Made by a program: the position numbers and the translations under genes. Under the pieces are notes generated by a model. That model saw only the letters and a program-made list of their open reading frames with translations. It had not been told where the DNA came from and did not search any database. From assembly GCF_000002075.1 (NCBI RefSeq), contig NW_004797893.1, positions 281,434 through 345,260 of the forward strand: a DNA stretch of 63,827 nucleotides, read 5' to 3'. The first letter of the stretch is position 1; each line of letters starts with the position of its first letter. This document shows, in pieces, positions 24,301-37,500 of this stretch. This DNA is from Aplysia californica. Its lineage: Eukaryota.

Positions 24301-27300
24301 TCCTACTTGCTCAATCCATATCTTTCGACACAGTGTAGGCAATGCCATTCAATCAATATGTCTTTTTCATATTTGCTCAAGGGGAAAAGATTTTAATTCT
24401 CCCCACCGTATGTGCCTAGGTTTAAAATAGCAATTTATTTCTTGTTCCTTCATCTTTGACCAGTGTTGTCCTTGGCAGGGTGAAACTGTCCTCGGCTTCA
24501 TGAAAGTATAGTGATATGGATTGAGCAAGTAGGAATTCTTCTTATTATGTTCTCTTCGCGCTGGTGGTTGGAGGAGGCCGCGCTGCTTTTAGTTGTACAT
24601 GTAACTTTAACTTGTTTATAGTCTCTCGGCTTTTTCAGTCTCAATAACAACCGAGTGTCTTCATGTGCTGATAGCCTCTGGATTAGGGTGTACCTAAAAG
24701 AGTGAGATATGTCGGACATAGTTTGCTGACAGTTACCATATGGCAGTATTTGAATAAGTTGCTTTTTCTCTCTCACTACATACTTTGTTCTTTGACTGTG
24801 TATGTGTTTCAGTTGCTGCACCCTAAATTACTGCAATTTTTTGCAAGTGATTGCTGTTATGTCAATATGTTTCTTGTGCTCACTCAAGCTCAATTATTTT
24901 TTTCAGCCCGGAAGAGAAAATCCGACATTTGGAGAAAAAAGTCAACGAGTTAATAGAAGAGAGCTGTCTTGCCAATAGCCGTGGGGAACTGCAACTTGTA
25001 AGTGCCTTGAAATCCTTCATGACCTAAGAATGCGATTAGTTTGGTTGGTATCATGTTGGGCTATGGTGTGGATCGCCTTGGTTCAAATCCCTAATGGGTT
25101 CTTCTTGTACTTGTGTTGTTGGGGGGGATTTTCAAGGTTGTCTGCCTGCTCACTTGGTTTGAACCTATCATTTTTTAAAATAATTGTTTTAGTAAATGTG
25201 TTACGGCGCTCGCAACTGCATAAGGTGATATGAACACACTAGACACATTTTCAGTAGGTAGAAAATTTTGAATTTTGCGCGGGTGGTGGGTGAAGCCTAC
25301 TCTTATCAATTTTGGCCCACCAAGGGATTTTTAATGTTCGCAACTAGCATGCAGGATCTCCTAGATCATATATTTCACCCTTGTCCGAGAAGGCTAGGTG
25401 TAGATCTTTCGTACCATAAGACGAGGAATGTGGCTGAAAGACATCAGTAAGAAGGAGCTAAGGAGTAGCAGTAAAAAGGCTGCAGAAAGAGTCAGGAGCC
25501 CAGAGGTTGGGGCAAAGGAGGTGGGGGGGGGGGGGCAAAAAGTGGAGACGAAAGTAGACGATAGAACACTGCTAGAGCAGGAAAGGAGGTGGTGACAGGA
25601 GACAATTTTAGAGGAAAAATATTTTCGTCGCTACCTGGATTCCAATCCAGGACCTATTGATTGAGAGGCAAACACCTTAACCTCTAGGCCTCGAAAGCCT
25701 ATCAAAGGTAGAACTTAATATCAGGGGTCTTTATTATAAGGGCCATTGGGTCCGTAAATTACCAAATGCTCATGACCTGCTGGAGCTAATATGAATGGAA
25801 CCATTACCAAAAAGATAGCCGTATTGTGTAAGGGTGAAGTAAAATGCATGCTGTTTTAAGATTTACCAGTCTCTACAGTATCAGGTTGTTTTTTTTTATC
25901 CATGTTTTGATTCTTTCAATAGGTCATGAAATGTGAAGTAGTGCACTGGAAAGTCTTTCTTTTGTAATCTTTCTCCCACACAAACAAAGCTGTGAAACCA
26001 ACTAGTTCTGAACATGATTCCCACTGTATTTTATCACATTTTTGTCGAAGCAAGAGTGGGCTATGACTGCATTGTATTATGCTTTAACTCTTATCCTGCG
26101 TCTGTGCCCAGATGCGTATGTTATCAGCAACCGATTATGTCGGACGTGCCGGGCAGGCCGCCGGGGTCACTCAGTGTGTACTGTTGGTGTACAGCGCGCG
26201 CGCCGGGAAACGTGTGTTTTCGCCATGAATACCGCGGGAGTGTGTTAACCGATTATGAAAATAATGCTCTATCTTTCATAGCTTTCTATTTATAAAGTGT
26301 TACAAACACATGATAACCCCCTCTCACAAGCTGATAAGACATTACGAGTAGTTACGCCCATTCGAATAACCTATCTCGACGCTCTTGTTGTTATGAATGA
26401 CCTGAGGTTCGAAAGGGGATAATTTAGGTCAATTTACGAATGTTTTACACTCAAATTGTTCTTTGTACCTGCACAATGGTATTCAAAACTATCAAACAAA
26501 CTATTTTTTTATCAGGTAGTATCATTTCATACAAAAGCAAGGTCATTCGAAATATTTTGTATAGAAAAATGGAAGTCTTGTTTCATGACTATCCTTTCGA
26601 GCTCCTCATGTCTAAGTGGGTCAATTTTTTCTATAATTTCATTGGACGAACATCTAGAGCTAGCAACTTTGCATGTTTTGAATGAGAGGTATGCCTTGAT
26701 TACGAACCGATGCAGGCGGTTCTAGAAGAAGGCCACAAATGCACACAAACTCAAGCAGACTGACGCACACACACTTGACCAGCGTGAATGGGGATCCGAC
26801 TCGGGACCCGAATGACACGTAAGAGGATGCGCGTGCGCTGAGCCAGGGGCTACACTGATTCGGGACCAGAGCGCAGGCGAGGTGCCGAAATAGGCTTATC
26901 GGGCTACATATACCCGGCTCCCGCAGGATGAGGGTTAATTGCCTCATTTTCATTCAAATAGACTGACGTATGTAGCTTTTTGCCATACTTGTAAAAGATT
27001 TTCCTATATAGATGTGTATATAGGGAAGTTAATTTCTCGAGTATGCCTGTCCTGTAGGCTTATAGTATCCCAACAGCCGGTACGGTCCCCTGAATAGTTT
27101 AAATTGTGTCAATGGGGGAGTTCAACATCTACACTCTTTGCTTTGGTACAATGGTAGGGAGGACATCTACAAGTCGTGGGGTCTCTCTAATTTCTTCACA
27201 CAACAATAAATCTAAGAAGTAAAAGCATAATATGATGTACCTTCTCTTCGTTAAAATAGTTCTGATGCGTTTTCTGCAACCGTTTTTCTCCTTCATAAAT

Positions 27301-28451
27301 GATTTATTGTACTGCTCCCCCAACAGACTTATAGTAGAGATGGGTTGATTTTTATTTGTTACCAGTAGATACACAACAGAGAGGGAGGGGCTAAGTAGGT
27401 GGTTGGCGAGTGCTCTGGTGTGGTTTGCTCCTTCTTTCCTACGAAGCATCAATCGTCCTGTTCTTTTCTTCTTTTTTTGTGTTTGTTACTCTCTTGTAAC
27501 ACCTCTAATCTTCAGCACTTATATGACCTTATTGTGTTACAAGTGCTGTAAAACTTACTGAAACTACAGAGGGGCTAAAATTAATTTTGTTTTTGTTTTT
27601 TTGTTGACAAAGGCTCTGGACAAGGCTAAGGAGGCAGGCAGGAAAGAAAGGGTCCTGGTGAGGCAAAGAGAACAACTGTCTATGGGAGATCAGATCAACC
27701 TTGATCTCACTTACTCGGTAAGTAGGTGGTTGCCAGGTGCTCTGGCATTGTTTACTCCATTTTGTCCTGTCAAACATCTATTATCTTTTCTCTCCTCTTT
27801 ATTTTTTTTGTATTTTGTTTTCTAGTAACACATCAGATATTTGGCACTTTTATAACCTATTTCTGTGTAAAAGTGTTGTAAAACGCTTTGATAATTCAGA
27901 ATGTCTTCCAACAACTCAAAATAACATGAAATTACTTCAGTTGATATGATGTGATAATATAGTGTGAATTATCCTTGGCAAAAGGAATAGCACTCGAAGG
28001 TCCCAATGGAAGCCATAAGAAGGTTGAACCAATTAACCATATGCTTATGCAGACAAGCACACCACTTTAGGAATGGGAAAGGCAATGTTATCTGCAGCAA
28101 GTCGTAGCACTCATGATCTACAAGTTATTATTTCCTTTACTTTACTGTCATTACTGACTCATTACTATGGAAAGCAGCAGTCACAATGAGTAGCAAATCA
28201 TATGAGGCTTCATGAATAAGAAATTCTGAAACCAAGAGAGAAGCCCGTAAGCTGCACACCTCCACAAGTGGAAGTGGAGCTTTTCAACTGTTCAAAATGT
28301 GGCAAATTTTTCTCTGCCATAATTGGTCTCATCGGCCACAGCAGAAGCCACAAGTCATTTTAACCGTTAATTCTTCTAATTCTTTCATTTTGAGGGAGAA
28401 ATATTCTCTTCTACGGATGTATTGGTCATCGTCAGACATTGACAGATAAAC

Positions 28452-28511
<60 letters not shown>

Positions 28512-31500
28512 TATTATTGTTATTATTATTATTACCTTAACCTCTCTTCCTCTTTGGATATTAAAGGTCATCATCTGTGAATGATGGACAAACTATTATT
28601 ATTATTGATATTATTATTACAATACATGCATGATTCTAGTTCTAATTCCCTCAGGGACACTCCTGAAAATTGGTTGTTTTGGGAGTTTTCAAGCTGGTGA
28701 AAGTAAATTTTTACCTTCTGCTCTTGAAATAAGTATAAGGTTCCTTCGTGCACAATGTCACCTCGACCCAAGTGTCACCCCATGTAGAATGGAGACACTA
28801 GACCAATTAAGTTCCGGAAAGAGAGCTTAGATTTACTTTTTCCCTCAAATCTCTCCAGCCACTTAGTTGGTCCTCTCTGAGATGAATGTTAGATGTGAAA
28901 GTCCTGCTCCATAATTTTGCTCACATCTTGCAGTGTTCAATGGATGTTAGGTCCATTTCATACTTTACCGTATCATCTCAAAGGAGATTCGAGTTAAAAA
29001 ATCATTGCACCTATTCCCAAATGATGGGGGGGGGGGGGGGGGGGTGATATGTGATATTTATTTGTAGCTATGATGATGAGGGGGGGGGGGGTCTCTTATG
29101 CAGCTATCATCGCACCTATTCACATAGGATGTTTAACTTGACTCGTCAGAACATAATGGACGTTGCGTCTGTTCCCAGGTATTATTTAACTTGGCCAACC
29201 AGTACGTTGCCAATGAGATGTACCATGAGGCCATCAACACCTACCAAGTGATTGTCAAGAACAGGATGTTCAGTAATGCAGGTCAGTCTCTGACCTGTTA
29301 CTGCTCGGCCCTTGTGATAGTTTGGGGGTTTTGCTAAATTCAGAGTCTCTTCTGTGTGCTTTGTCAGACGCATTTTATGTGGGGGTTTGATGGATGCTCT
29401 GGTGTAGTTTGCTCATTCTTTCCTATCAAATATCTATCATCCTTATCTCTCTTCCTTTTTTTTTTTTTGTATTTTACTCTTTAGTAACATCTCTAATCTT
29501 CTGCACTTATTTGACGAAATTGTGTTGCAAGTGTTGTAAAACTTGTACTTAAACTTTTTTTAAAACACCTGTTGTCCAGAACCTGTAAGCCTGAGTTGTA
29601 GTCCTTTTATTTTGTTGGTGATGAATTTTGGGAGTGACTGTATGCTTTGAATTTGAATGAGATGGTTTACAGTCATGTTGTTTGTATATTACATAGCAAT
29701 TTATATAACTTGGATATCAGGTCTGATTTATGAAAAGTTCATTCAGATTATATCAAAATTTACGTCAAGTCCTGATTTCTTGATAGTAATTTTTTTTAGA
29801 GTGGAAGGATTTAATAATAGCTCTCAGTGTGTCTTGTTTTTGGTGAATGATTTTTGGTAGGCAATTACTTAGTTCAAACACCTTAGATAAGATCAATGCC
29901 TTTCTATTCATTGTTATGTGTTCACTTGCTGGTGGTTGGTGGATGTGAAGAAGTCTGCTCCCCCTGATTCCTTTTCAATGTCTCTGCTGTGGAATGTTTC
30001 TTCTTGATGAAATGTAGCTGTTATCGAGTCAGCTGGCAGTGAACTTACGCCAAGTCGACATCTTTGCATGTACATATTATTCATGTGACATATATTTTTA
30101 TTAATAAATTCCTTTGCATTTTGTGACTGGGCTGGGAATTTTTTCTTTGTTGACAGGTCGACTGAAGGTTAATATGGGAAATATCTACTTCAAGCAGAGG
30201 AATTTTGAGAAGGCCATTAAATTCTATCGCATGGCTCTGGACCAGGTGCCGAACACCCACAAGGAAATGAGGTCAGTTACTTTGAATGCTGTTGAAGACT
30301 AGTTTGTGTGTCTGTTGTTGTTGTTGTTAGCGATCCAGTACCGGTAGCATCTGAGTGTTAACTCTTCTGCATGATGCCATTCGGTAATAGCTGCATGTCT
30401 GTTCTAATTGTTGTCTTGAGGAGTAGAGGCTATTAGATATGTGGGTTAGCTTGAAAAGAAAACATCCCCTTGAATCAGTTAGTTTTCTACAGAAGAACAG
30501 ATGATGTTCCGCTGTCTCTGAGGAGTAGTCACATAGTGGGCAGGCAGCAGACTGCTTTACTCCAATTCGGTTGAGATGTTGGTTGAGGGGTACCTGTTGT
30601 GTTCTAAGTTGGAAGATTATGGATTGATCTCCCCTTTTCAACTCATTGATTGGATCTTTGACCAGTGGTTTATTCATGTGGCCATACATCATCCTTCCTG
30701 TCATACCTGTGGCCCAATCATTCGTCCAGTCTTCCTTGAGGTTTGACTTGATCATTTGGCAGCAGGTGGTGTAATCAGTAGGAATTTCAGGCTTTGTGTG
30801 TCTGAGCTCACCAAATTAATAAAAGAAAAGAAGGTCATGAGGCATAACAAGAGACAGATGAAAGCTACATGCAGCCATGCTGTTTGAGGGGCATAGGGGA
30901 AAACATTATCAGCTTTAATAGAACTTTTCTATTTGAGGGGGGGGGGAGTGAGATGCTAAACCAGTTGTAGTTGAGCATGGGTCTCGAAAATTCCAGTGGT
31001 TGACATGTCGTCGCTTCAGAACTACTTTGTCCAAAGTGTACTTAAATAAAAATGGCACTTTGAACAAGATAGTTCTGACGCAACGATATGTTCAACACAT
31101 TCATGATTCAAGTAAAGAAAATCAAAGGAAGTAACAGTGACAGCTGGATGTTCTCAAGAGAAGTTACTAACAGAAGATGGTTGGCTAAAAAATGTATGAT
31201 AAATTAGCTTCACCGAATGTATAGTTGATCTCAGATTAGACCTGTGATCGTCTTTTTCATTTTCTTTTTTTTTCCCAAAGGACAAAGATCATGCAGAACA
31301 TTGGCATCACTTTTGTGAAGATTGGCCAATATAACGACGCTATCACCTCCTTCGAGCACATCATGTCGGAGTCTCCCAACTTTAAGACTGGCTTCAACCT
31401 TATCCTCTGCTACTTTGCCCTGGGTGACCGAGAGAAGATGAGAGATGGCTTTGCCAAGCTACTGACTGTTGACTTGAAGATAGATGACGAGGACAAGTAC

Positions 31501-34500
31501 CTGGCTCATGGAGTGAGTGGAAATCTTCACCTATCCCCATTACTGCATTCTGTTGCAACTTTGTTAGTTATGAAGGCTATAAAAAACATAGTTGGCATCT
31601 GAAAGTTCATGGAAAGTAGCATGAGAGTTTGCAGAAATGGGAAGTTCTCTCTAGTAGAGATAGACCTTAAATCCAGATGGTTTGGAGGCATTAACCCAAT
31701 GCACCCGAGACCCCGATGTACCAGGTCCATGCCCCTAGACCCGAATATTTCGGGGTTTGAAGTAACATGTTCAGACCTCGCTGCTACTCAGAAGTAGACA
31801 GGCAAATAGATTGACACACCAAGCTGCAGTATTGGAGATAAGAGGGTGGGAACAATCTTATTACTTTATTTGTGTTTTTGCATGGGTACTAACACAATGC
31901 TAATAGCATGCCTATTCTTCTTGAATTTTGCTTGGGAGCGGGAGCCGAGGGGGGAGGATTTTTTAGGCCTGGAAGCCAAGGGTTCTTTGGGTTAAATAGG
32001 ACAACAACATCCCATTGGATCTGTTAACAAAACAATAGCATCTCTTAATTAAATAAAATAGAACCTGCTCTTACTGCTACCTGTATAAGACAATCGTGTG
32101 TACAAATGACCACTTCCCATTTCTTCCCTTGCACTTGTTTTTACATTTTGATGACACTTTATAAGATGGCCACCTGTCTAGTGCGACCACTTTTCTCTTT
32201 GACAAGGAGTGACTGTTTTAGTTTCCACTCTACTGTGTTTATAGGGGCCTTGAACCTGTAAACGTGTGGTCTGGAGTACAATTTTCTTTTTAGTTTACAA
32301 GTCTCTGCAGCAGAGGTTTTATTTGTTAATTTTGTTTTGTCCTCAGGATGACAAGCAGTACAATCTGGTTCTGGAAGTGATCAAGAATGACTCTCTGAGG
32401 CAAATCGAGAGGGAGAGGTTAGTTACCAAGTTGATACGCTTATCAATGAGCTGTGATAGTAAAATGTAGTGACCCCCCCAAAAAAAAAATAAAAAAATTA
32501 ATAAATAAAAGATTAATTTATTAATTATTTTTTTTAATTAATTAAATCAGTAAAAAAAACGATTTTTTTAAATTTATTTTTTAAGAAAAAGAAAAGAAAA
32601 GGATTAAAATCAATTTGGGTGTGGGAAGTTACAAAAGCTTATCAAAATTGTTGAACATAATTAAACATCTATCGTCCTTATCTCTCCTCCTTCTTTTTTA
32701 CGTTTGTTGTTACTCTCTTGTAACACCTCTAATCTTCGGCACTTATATGACCTTATTGTGTTGCAAGTGCCGTAAAACTCTTTACTGAACTAACTAAAAA
32801 GACAACTTTTCAGATATTCTAGAATATTGTTCCTTGATCATTACTACAGAATGTATTTTTTATACTGAGTAGGAGCAAATGTTGTAATCACAGTATGTCT
32901 ATTTTAAAAATTAAACAAAATGTTTTCATTAAAGTCTGTGGCTATGTCTATGTTATTGCAGGTAGTTTGCATAGAACCCTCTCTTTAGGCGGTGAATTGT
33001 CTTGTTAACGATTTCCAATACAACTCACCTACAAAGCTTACTTTGCACCAATAAAATTGCCAATTTGACAAATCTTCATTGTGTTTTTATCTCAGAGAAT
33101 CATTACGTAGAGAGTGAACACTTTCTCATTCTTTGCATTCTGTTTGATATTAATATTATGTGTTTGGGTTTTTTGTTATAAGGTATAGTTAGGAAGGGTT
33201 TGTTGTTGTTGATTACACATTATACAATTATACTTTTACAGAAAATATGAGGCAGAGAGGTGCATTAAGTATGCAGCGAAGATAATCTCCCCTGCCATTG
33301 AAACATCCTTCTCAGATGGCTATGACTGGTAAGTCGTCAGTTATATTATAGTCAAATGTTTGCGGAAGTGGGCCCTCTCTGTATGTGTTTGTGTGTAGAG
33401 TAAAATGTTAAAGTGATAAAGAAAAAGCCAAGTTATTTTATTACATTTTCATTATTGTATTATGTCCTGCAACGTACCTCTTCAAGAGAAAGGAAAAGTT
33501 CAGTCTCAAAGAGGACTTATATGTGGCCATTGACTTTTGCTTTAAATTAGCTATAGCTATCCACTTCCCTCCTGTATATTTTTACTTAAGATCATTCATT
33601 ATTCTTTTCAAACATATTCCAACTATGGGTACTTCTGGAATATTGTTCTGTTACAGTACAATGTAAACGTGAGAAATCGTAACGGAATGAAAGCTCTCCT
33701 TTCATGTATTTTCAATGTGTCTTTGCATGGTTGCCCAGGTGCATAGAGATGGTGAAGAACTCCCAGTACATCGACTTGGCCCATGATTTGGAAATCGACA
33801 AAGCCATTATGTTCCTCAAGCAGAAGAACTTTGCACAGGTACACTTCTGTTGCCTTTTTATAGAACCTTTAAAATACAGTAAATTGATTACTAAATCTAC
33901 TTTTGCTTAACTCTTTCACTTCAGAGGCCTGTACAACCTTCAGATAGAAGGTCACGGGAAACAGCTAACATTTTATAGAAGTAAACTATAGCCAGTACAG
34001 AAACAAAGCATGCCTCATTTATATTATAATGTTGGAAATAGGAAGCCTAATGTTACATCCCAGTTTATAAAATAACCAATTCAGTGTTTGAGAGTTAGGT
34101 TCATTGAAAGTGTCTAGGTACTAGATTCTTATACTGTGAAAGTGTTAAAACTTTGGTCTCACCAAGATTATAGAATGCCCATACGTATTGTATCAACATA
34201 TAAAGTAAACAAATGAGTGTAGTTACTTTATCTCATAATGCAGCTCTTTAGTTAAGTATCTTCGGACAGGCTCCTGTGGTGTAATAGCCTCATGCGCAAA
34301 AGGCTAGGGTTTGATTCCTGCATGAGAAAGTCAGTTTTATAAAATAGTCTAGTCTTTTTGCTGCCATGCCATTTCCCTCTCAGTTCACTTTGGCCCTGAT
34401 AAGCCATTAAGTAACAGCCCGCAGCCAGCTTGATTGAAATTGTTTCAATTTGAATTTTCCTATTTTTATGATTATTTGCAGTATCATATGTTTCTCAACT

Positions 34501-37500
34501 CAGTGCATTCAGATGCTCATCATTTTTTAAAGTATATATGGAGTTATTGGCATAATCTTACAGCCTATTCTCCTGGTATTGAGGTAAAATTAATGAGAAA
34601 ATGGCCATCAAAATTTGGTGACTTCCAAAGCTCTAGTGTCCTTGGAAACCACAGATTTATCTTTTTTCTGCCTTTGATCAATGTTTTTCAGTAAAATCCA
34701 CTCAGACGTGTGTTTTAAAATGGGCATATAAGGTGTTAGGCCCAAAACAAAATAGTCCCAAAAAATTGCGCTACTAGCGGAAGAACATCGTTTTCTTCGA
34801 TTTCATTATTTTGACGAGCGCCTGATTTCACCATGATGCCTCACATATTAGAATTGTTCAGACTTTTAGTATTGATGCTTGAACTGTTGATAGTTCTTTA
34901 TTTTCTTTGTATTGGGCTGAAACATTATTTTTCCCCGTTTGTTTTCAGGCTATTGAGACTCTCAAGTCATTTGAAAAGAAAGACTCCAAGGTTGCCAGCA
35001 CAGCAGCCACTAATCTGTCCTTCCTTTATTTCCTGGTGAGAATCTAGTAAAGCATATCTTCTTTCAAATTCACTTTGTAATCTATACCAATGGTGTTTGT
35101 TTTTTTGTTTGTTTGTTGTTGTTTTGGGGGGGGGTTGTAAGTGTTTTACAGCTCTTGCAACTTCACACGGTCAAATGAGCGCGCAGAACACACCAAACAT
35201 TTTCAGTTCGTAGGAATTTAAAAATTATTCTTGGGTGGTGGCCGAAGCCTACTCTTATCGATTTTAGACCACCAAGGGATCTTTAACGTGCGCAACTTGC
35301 ACCCGTGACCTCCGAGATTTTTCGCCCTTGTCCAAGAGGGCTAGGTGTAGATCTTTCCTACCAGAAGATCTGGGGCATGGCTGAAAGACAGCAGTAAGAA
35401 AGAGCTAAGGGGTAGCAGTAGAAAGAGTCAGGAGCCCGGAGGAGGGGGCAAAGGAGGTGAGGCGGTGGGGGTAGAAAGTGGAGACGAAAGCAAACGACAG
35501 AACATTGCTCGAGAGCAGGAAAAGAGGTGAAAGAAGACAATTTTAGAGAACAAAATTGTTCTGTTGATACCCAGATTCGAACCCGGGACCTTTGAATAAG
35601 AGGCGAACACCTTAGCCTCTAGGCCTAGAGAGCCCCCGTAAGTATGGTTCCATTTTATGATAAATACAGTTTTTTAGCCCTAGCTATAAAGTTTCTAATG
35701 TAAATTGGGTGATAAATTTGATATAAACTCCCTCCTGAATTAAACACCTTGTGGTATAGGGCTAGCTTTTTCCCTATTCCTGGATCCAGTTTAGCACTAC
35801 GCTTCTGGCTGATATTATTTTAAGAGTAAGACCAGTTCGGTCACTTTTTCTAGATCGGTAAATAAATTTACTTCTGTCTGAATGGAAGATGCCTTTAACC
35901 TGCAGGAAACAGACTATGCCCAAGCTGATAAGTATGCGGAGGTGGCAATGACGGCCGACCGCTACAACCCTTCAGGTATGATCATTTAAGTAAAGATTCA
36001 TTGTTTTTTGTTTTCTCCAGCTTGGCCACTGTGGTAGCTAATCTCAGGTTAATCACTCCTCAGTGCAAGTTGAGTGCTTACTTTCTATCTTGTATTAAAA
36101 CCAATTTCCAAATTTTGGGAGTTTTCTCTCAGCTGTCACGGCTGATAAAAAGTCTTCCCTGTAAGCTCAAAATTATTACGATTAATGCTAGTGTTCCATG
36201 GAATTTCAGTTTCATTTTGTACAATTGCAGTTTCAGTGAACAGAATTCAGTTTTTTCTAAGTGAAATACATTAAATCCAGAGAAACAGAGTTAGCACAAG
36301 ATAGCTGGAAGTTCATGAACTGATGTTGCGCATGTTTTTGTTTTTTTCCCTGTGATTATTGACTTAGGCGCCATTTCTATAGGTGTCATGTCTCTACAGA
36401 TAAAGGAAATGAAGACATCAAAACAGAAGTATTGTCTATGGGAAAACAAACTGACAGCTTAATTTGATACATCCATACACAAAGTTTTGATGGAAATATT
36501 TCAAATGACAGCTCAGCTCCTTTGTTTAAGGGCAACGATTGCTGTATTTATTTGTTTTGTCGTGGCGTATATCGATAACAGTTCACTTTTCTGTAAAATT
36601 CTTGAAAACTTCTCCAGACTTTCACAAGAGACCAAAGGAGAGAAATTGCTTTGAAGATATCATTTTCTACCACGGATTGTTAAAAAAGAACTTAGAAAAA
36701 TAAGAAAATACCTTCCAAATATGAGTGCTTGAGGTTTACTCCCTCAATGGCAAATGGATATGGCGAGCTTTGCACACTTCAGTCATATTCTCCTTTTTCT
36801 TTTTCAGCTTTGGTAAACAAAGGCAACGTTCTGTATGCGAAGAATGATTTTGAGAAGGCACGAGAGTTTTACAAGGAGGCATTGACCAACGATAGCTCCT
36901 GCGTAGAGGCTCTCTATAACTTAGGTAAGTACTGGAGCCGGAGTCTTTTTCTTTACCTTGTGGCTGATATATGTGTGTGACTTGATTTGTCAGTTTTGCC
37001 GGTATGTTTTTGCTGCTCATAATCTATACCATTTGTGAATGGAAGAAGTTCAAATACAACCCTTTTTATTCCTTTTCTTTTTTCTTTTTCTAAATTTAGT
37101 GCCAGTGGTACACTCCTGGTGATATTACAGACGACTGATTTTATTTTTTTCAGATAATGCCATTGTAATGGTTGAAAAAAAGGGTAAAGTAAATCATCAT
37201 TGTCACGAGCAATCCACTTCAGTCCAGATTTTGAGAATTTTACACTCTCCCATAGCTCTACCAAAGGCTTACAATTGTCCTTCTTGTCATGATTCCTGAT
37301 AGGAACAACATAGCAAAAGCTAGTACCCAAACAGACTTAAGTGCGGTGCTTGCAACACCAACAAAATGCACTGTTGAAAAAGGAAAAAGGAAATACAGTC
37401 AAACCTGTGTAAGACGGCCATCCATTGTGAAGGAGAAAAGTGGCCGTATAAGACAGGTGGCCGTCTTAGGCAGGACTGATCAAGATAAAGAAAACAAACC

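Noticed and set aside
35885-35905. CCTTTAAC near the exon 14 acceptor as a possible second U12 intron
   Set aside because: Its donor is GTGAGA (U2 type), and the motif is too close to the AG.
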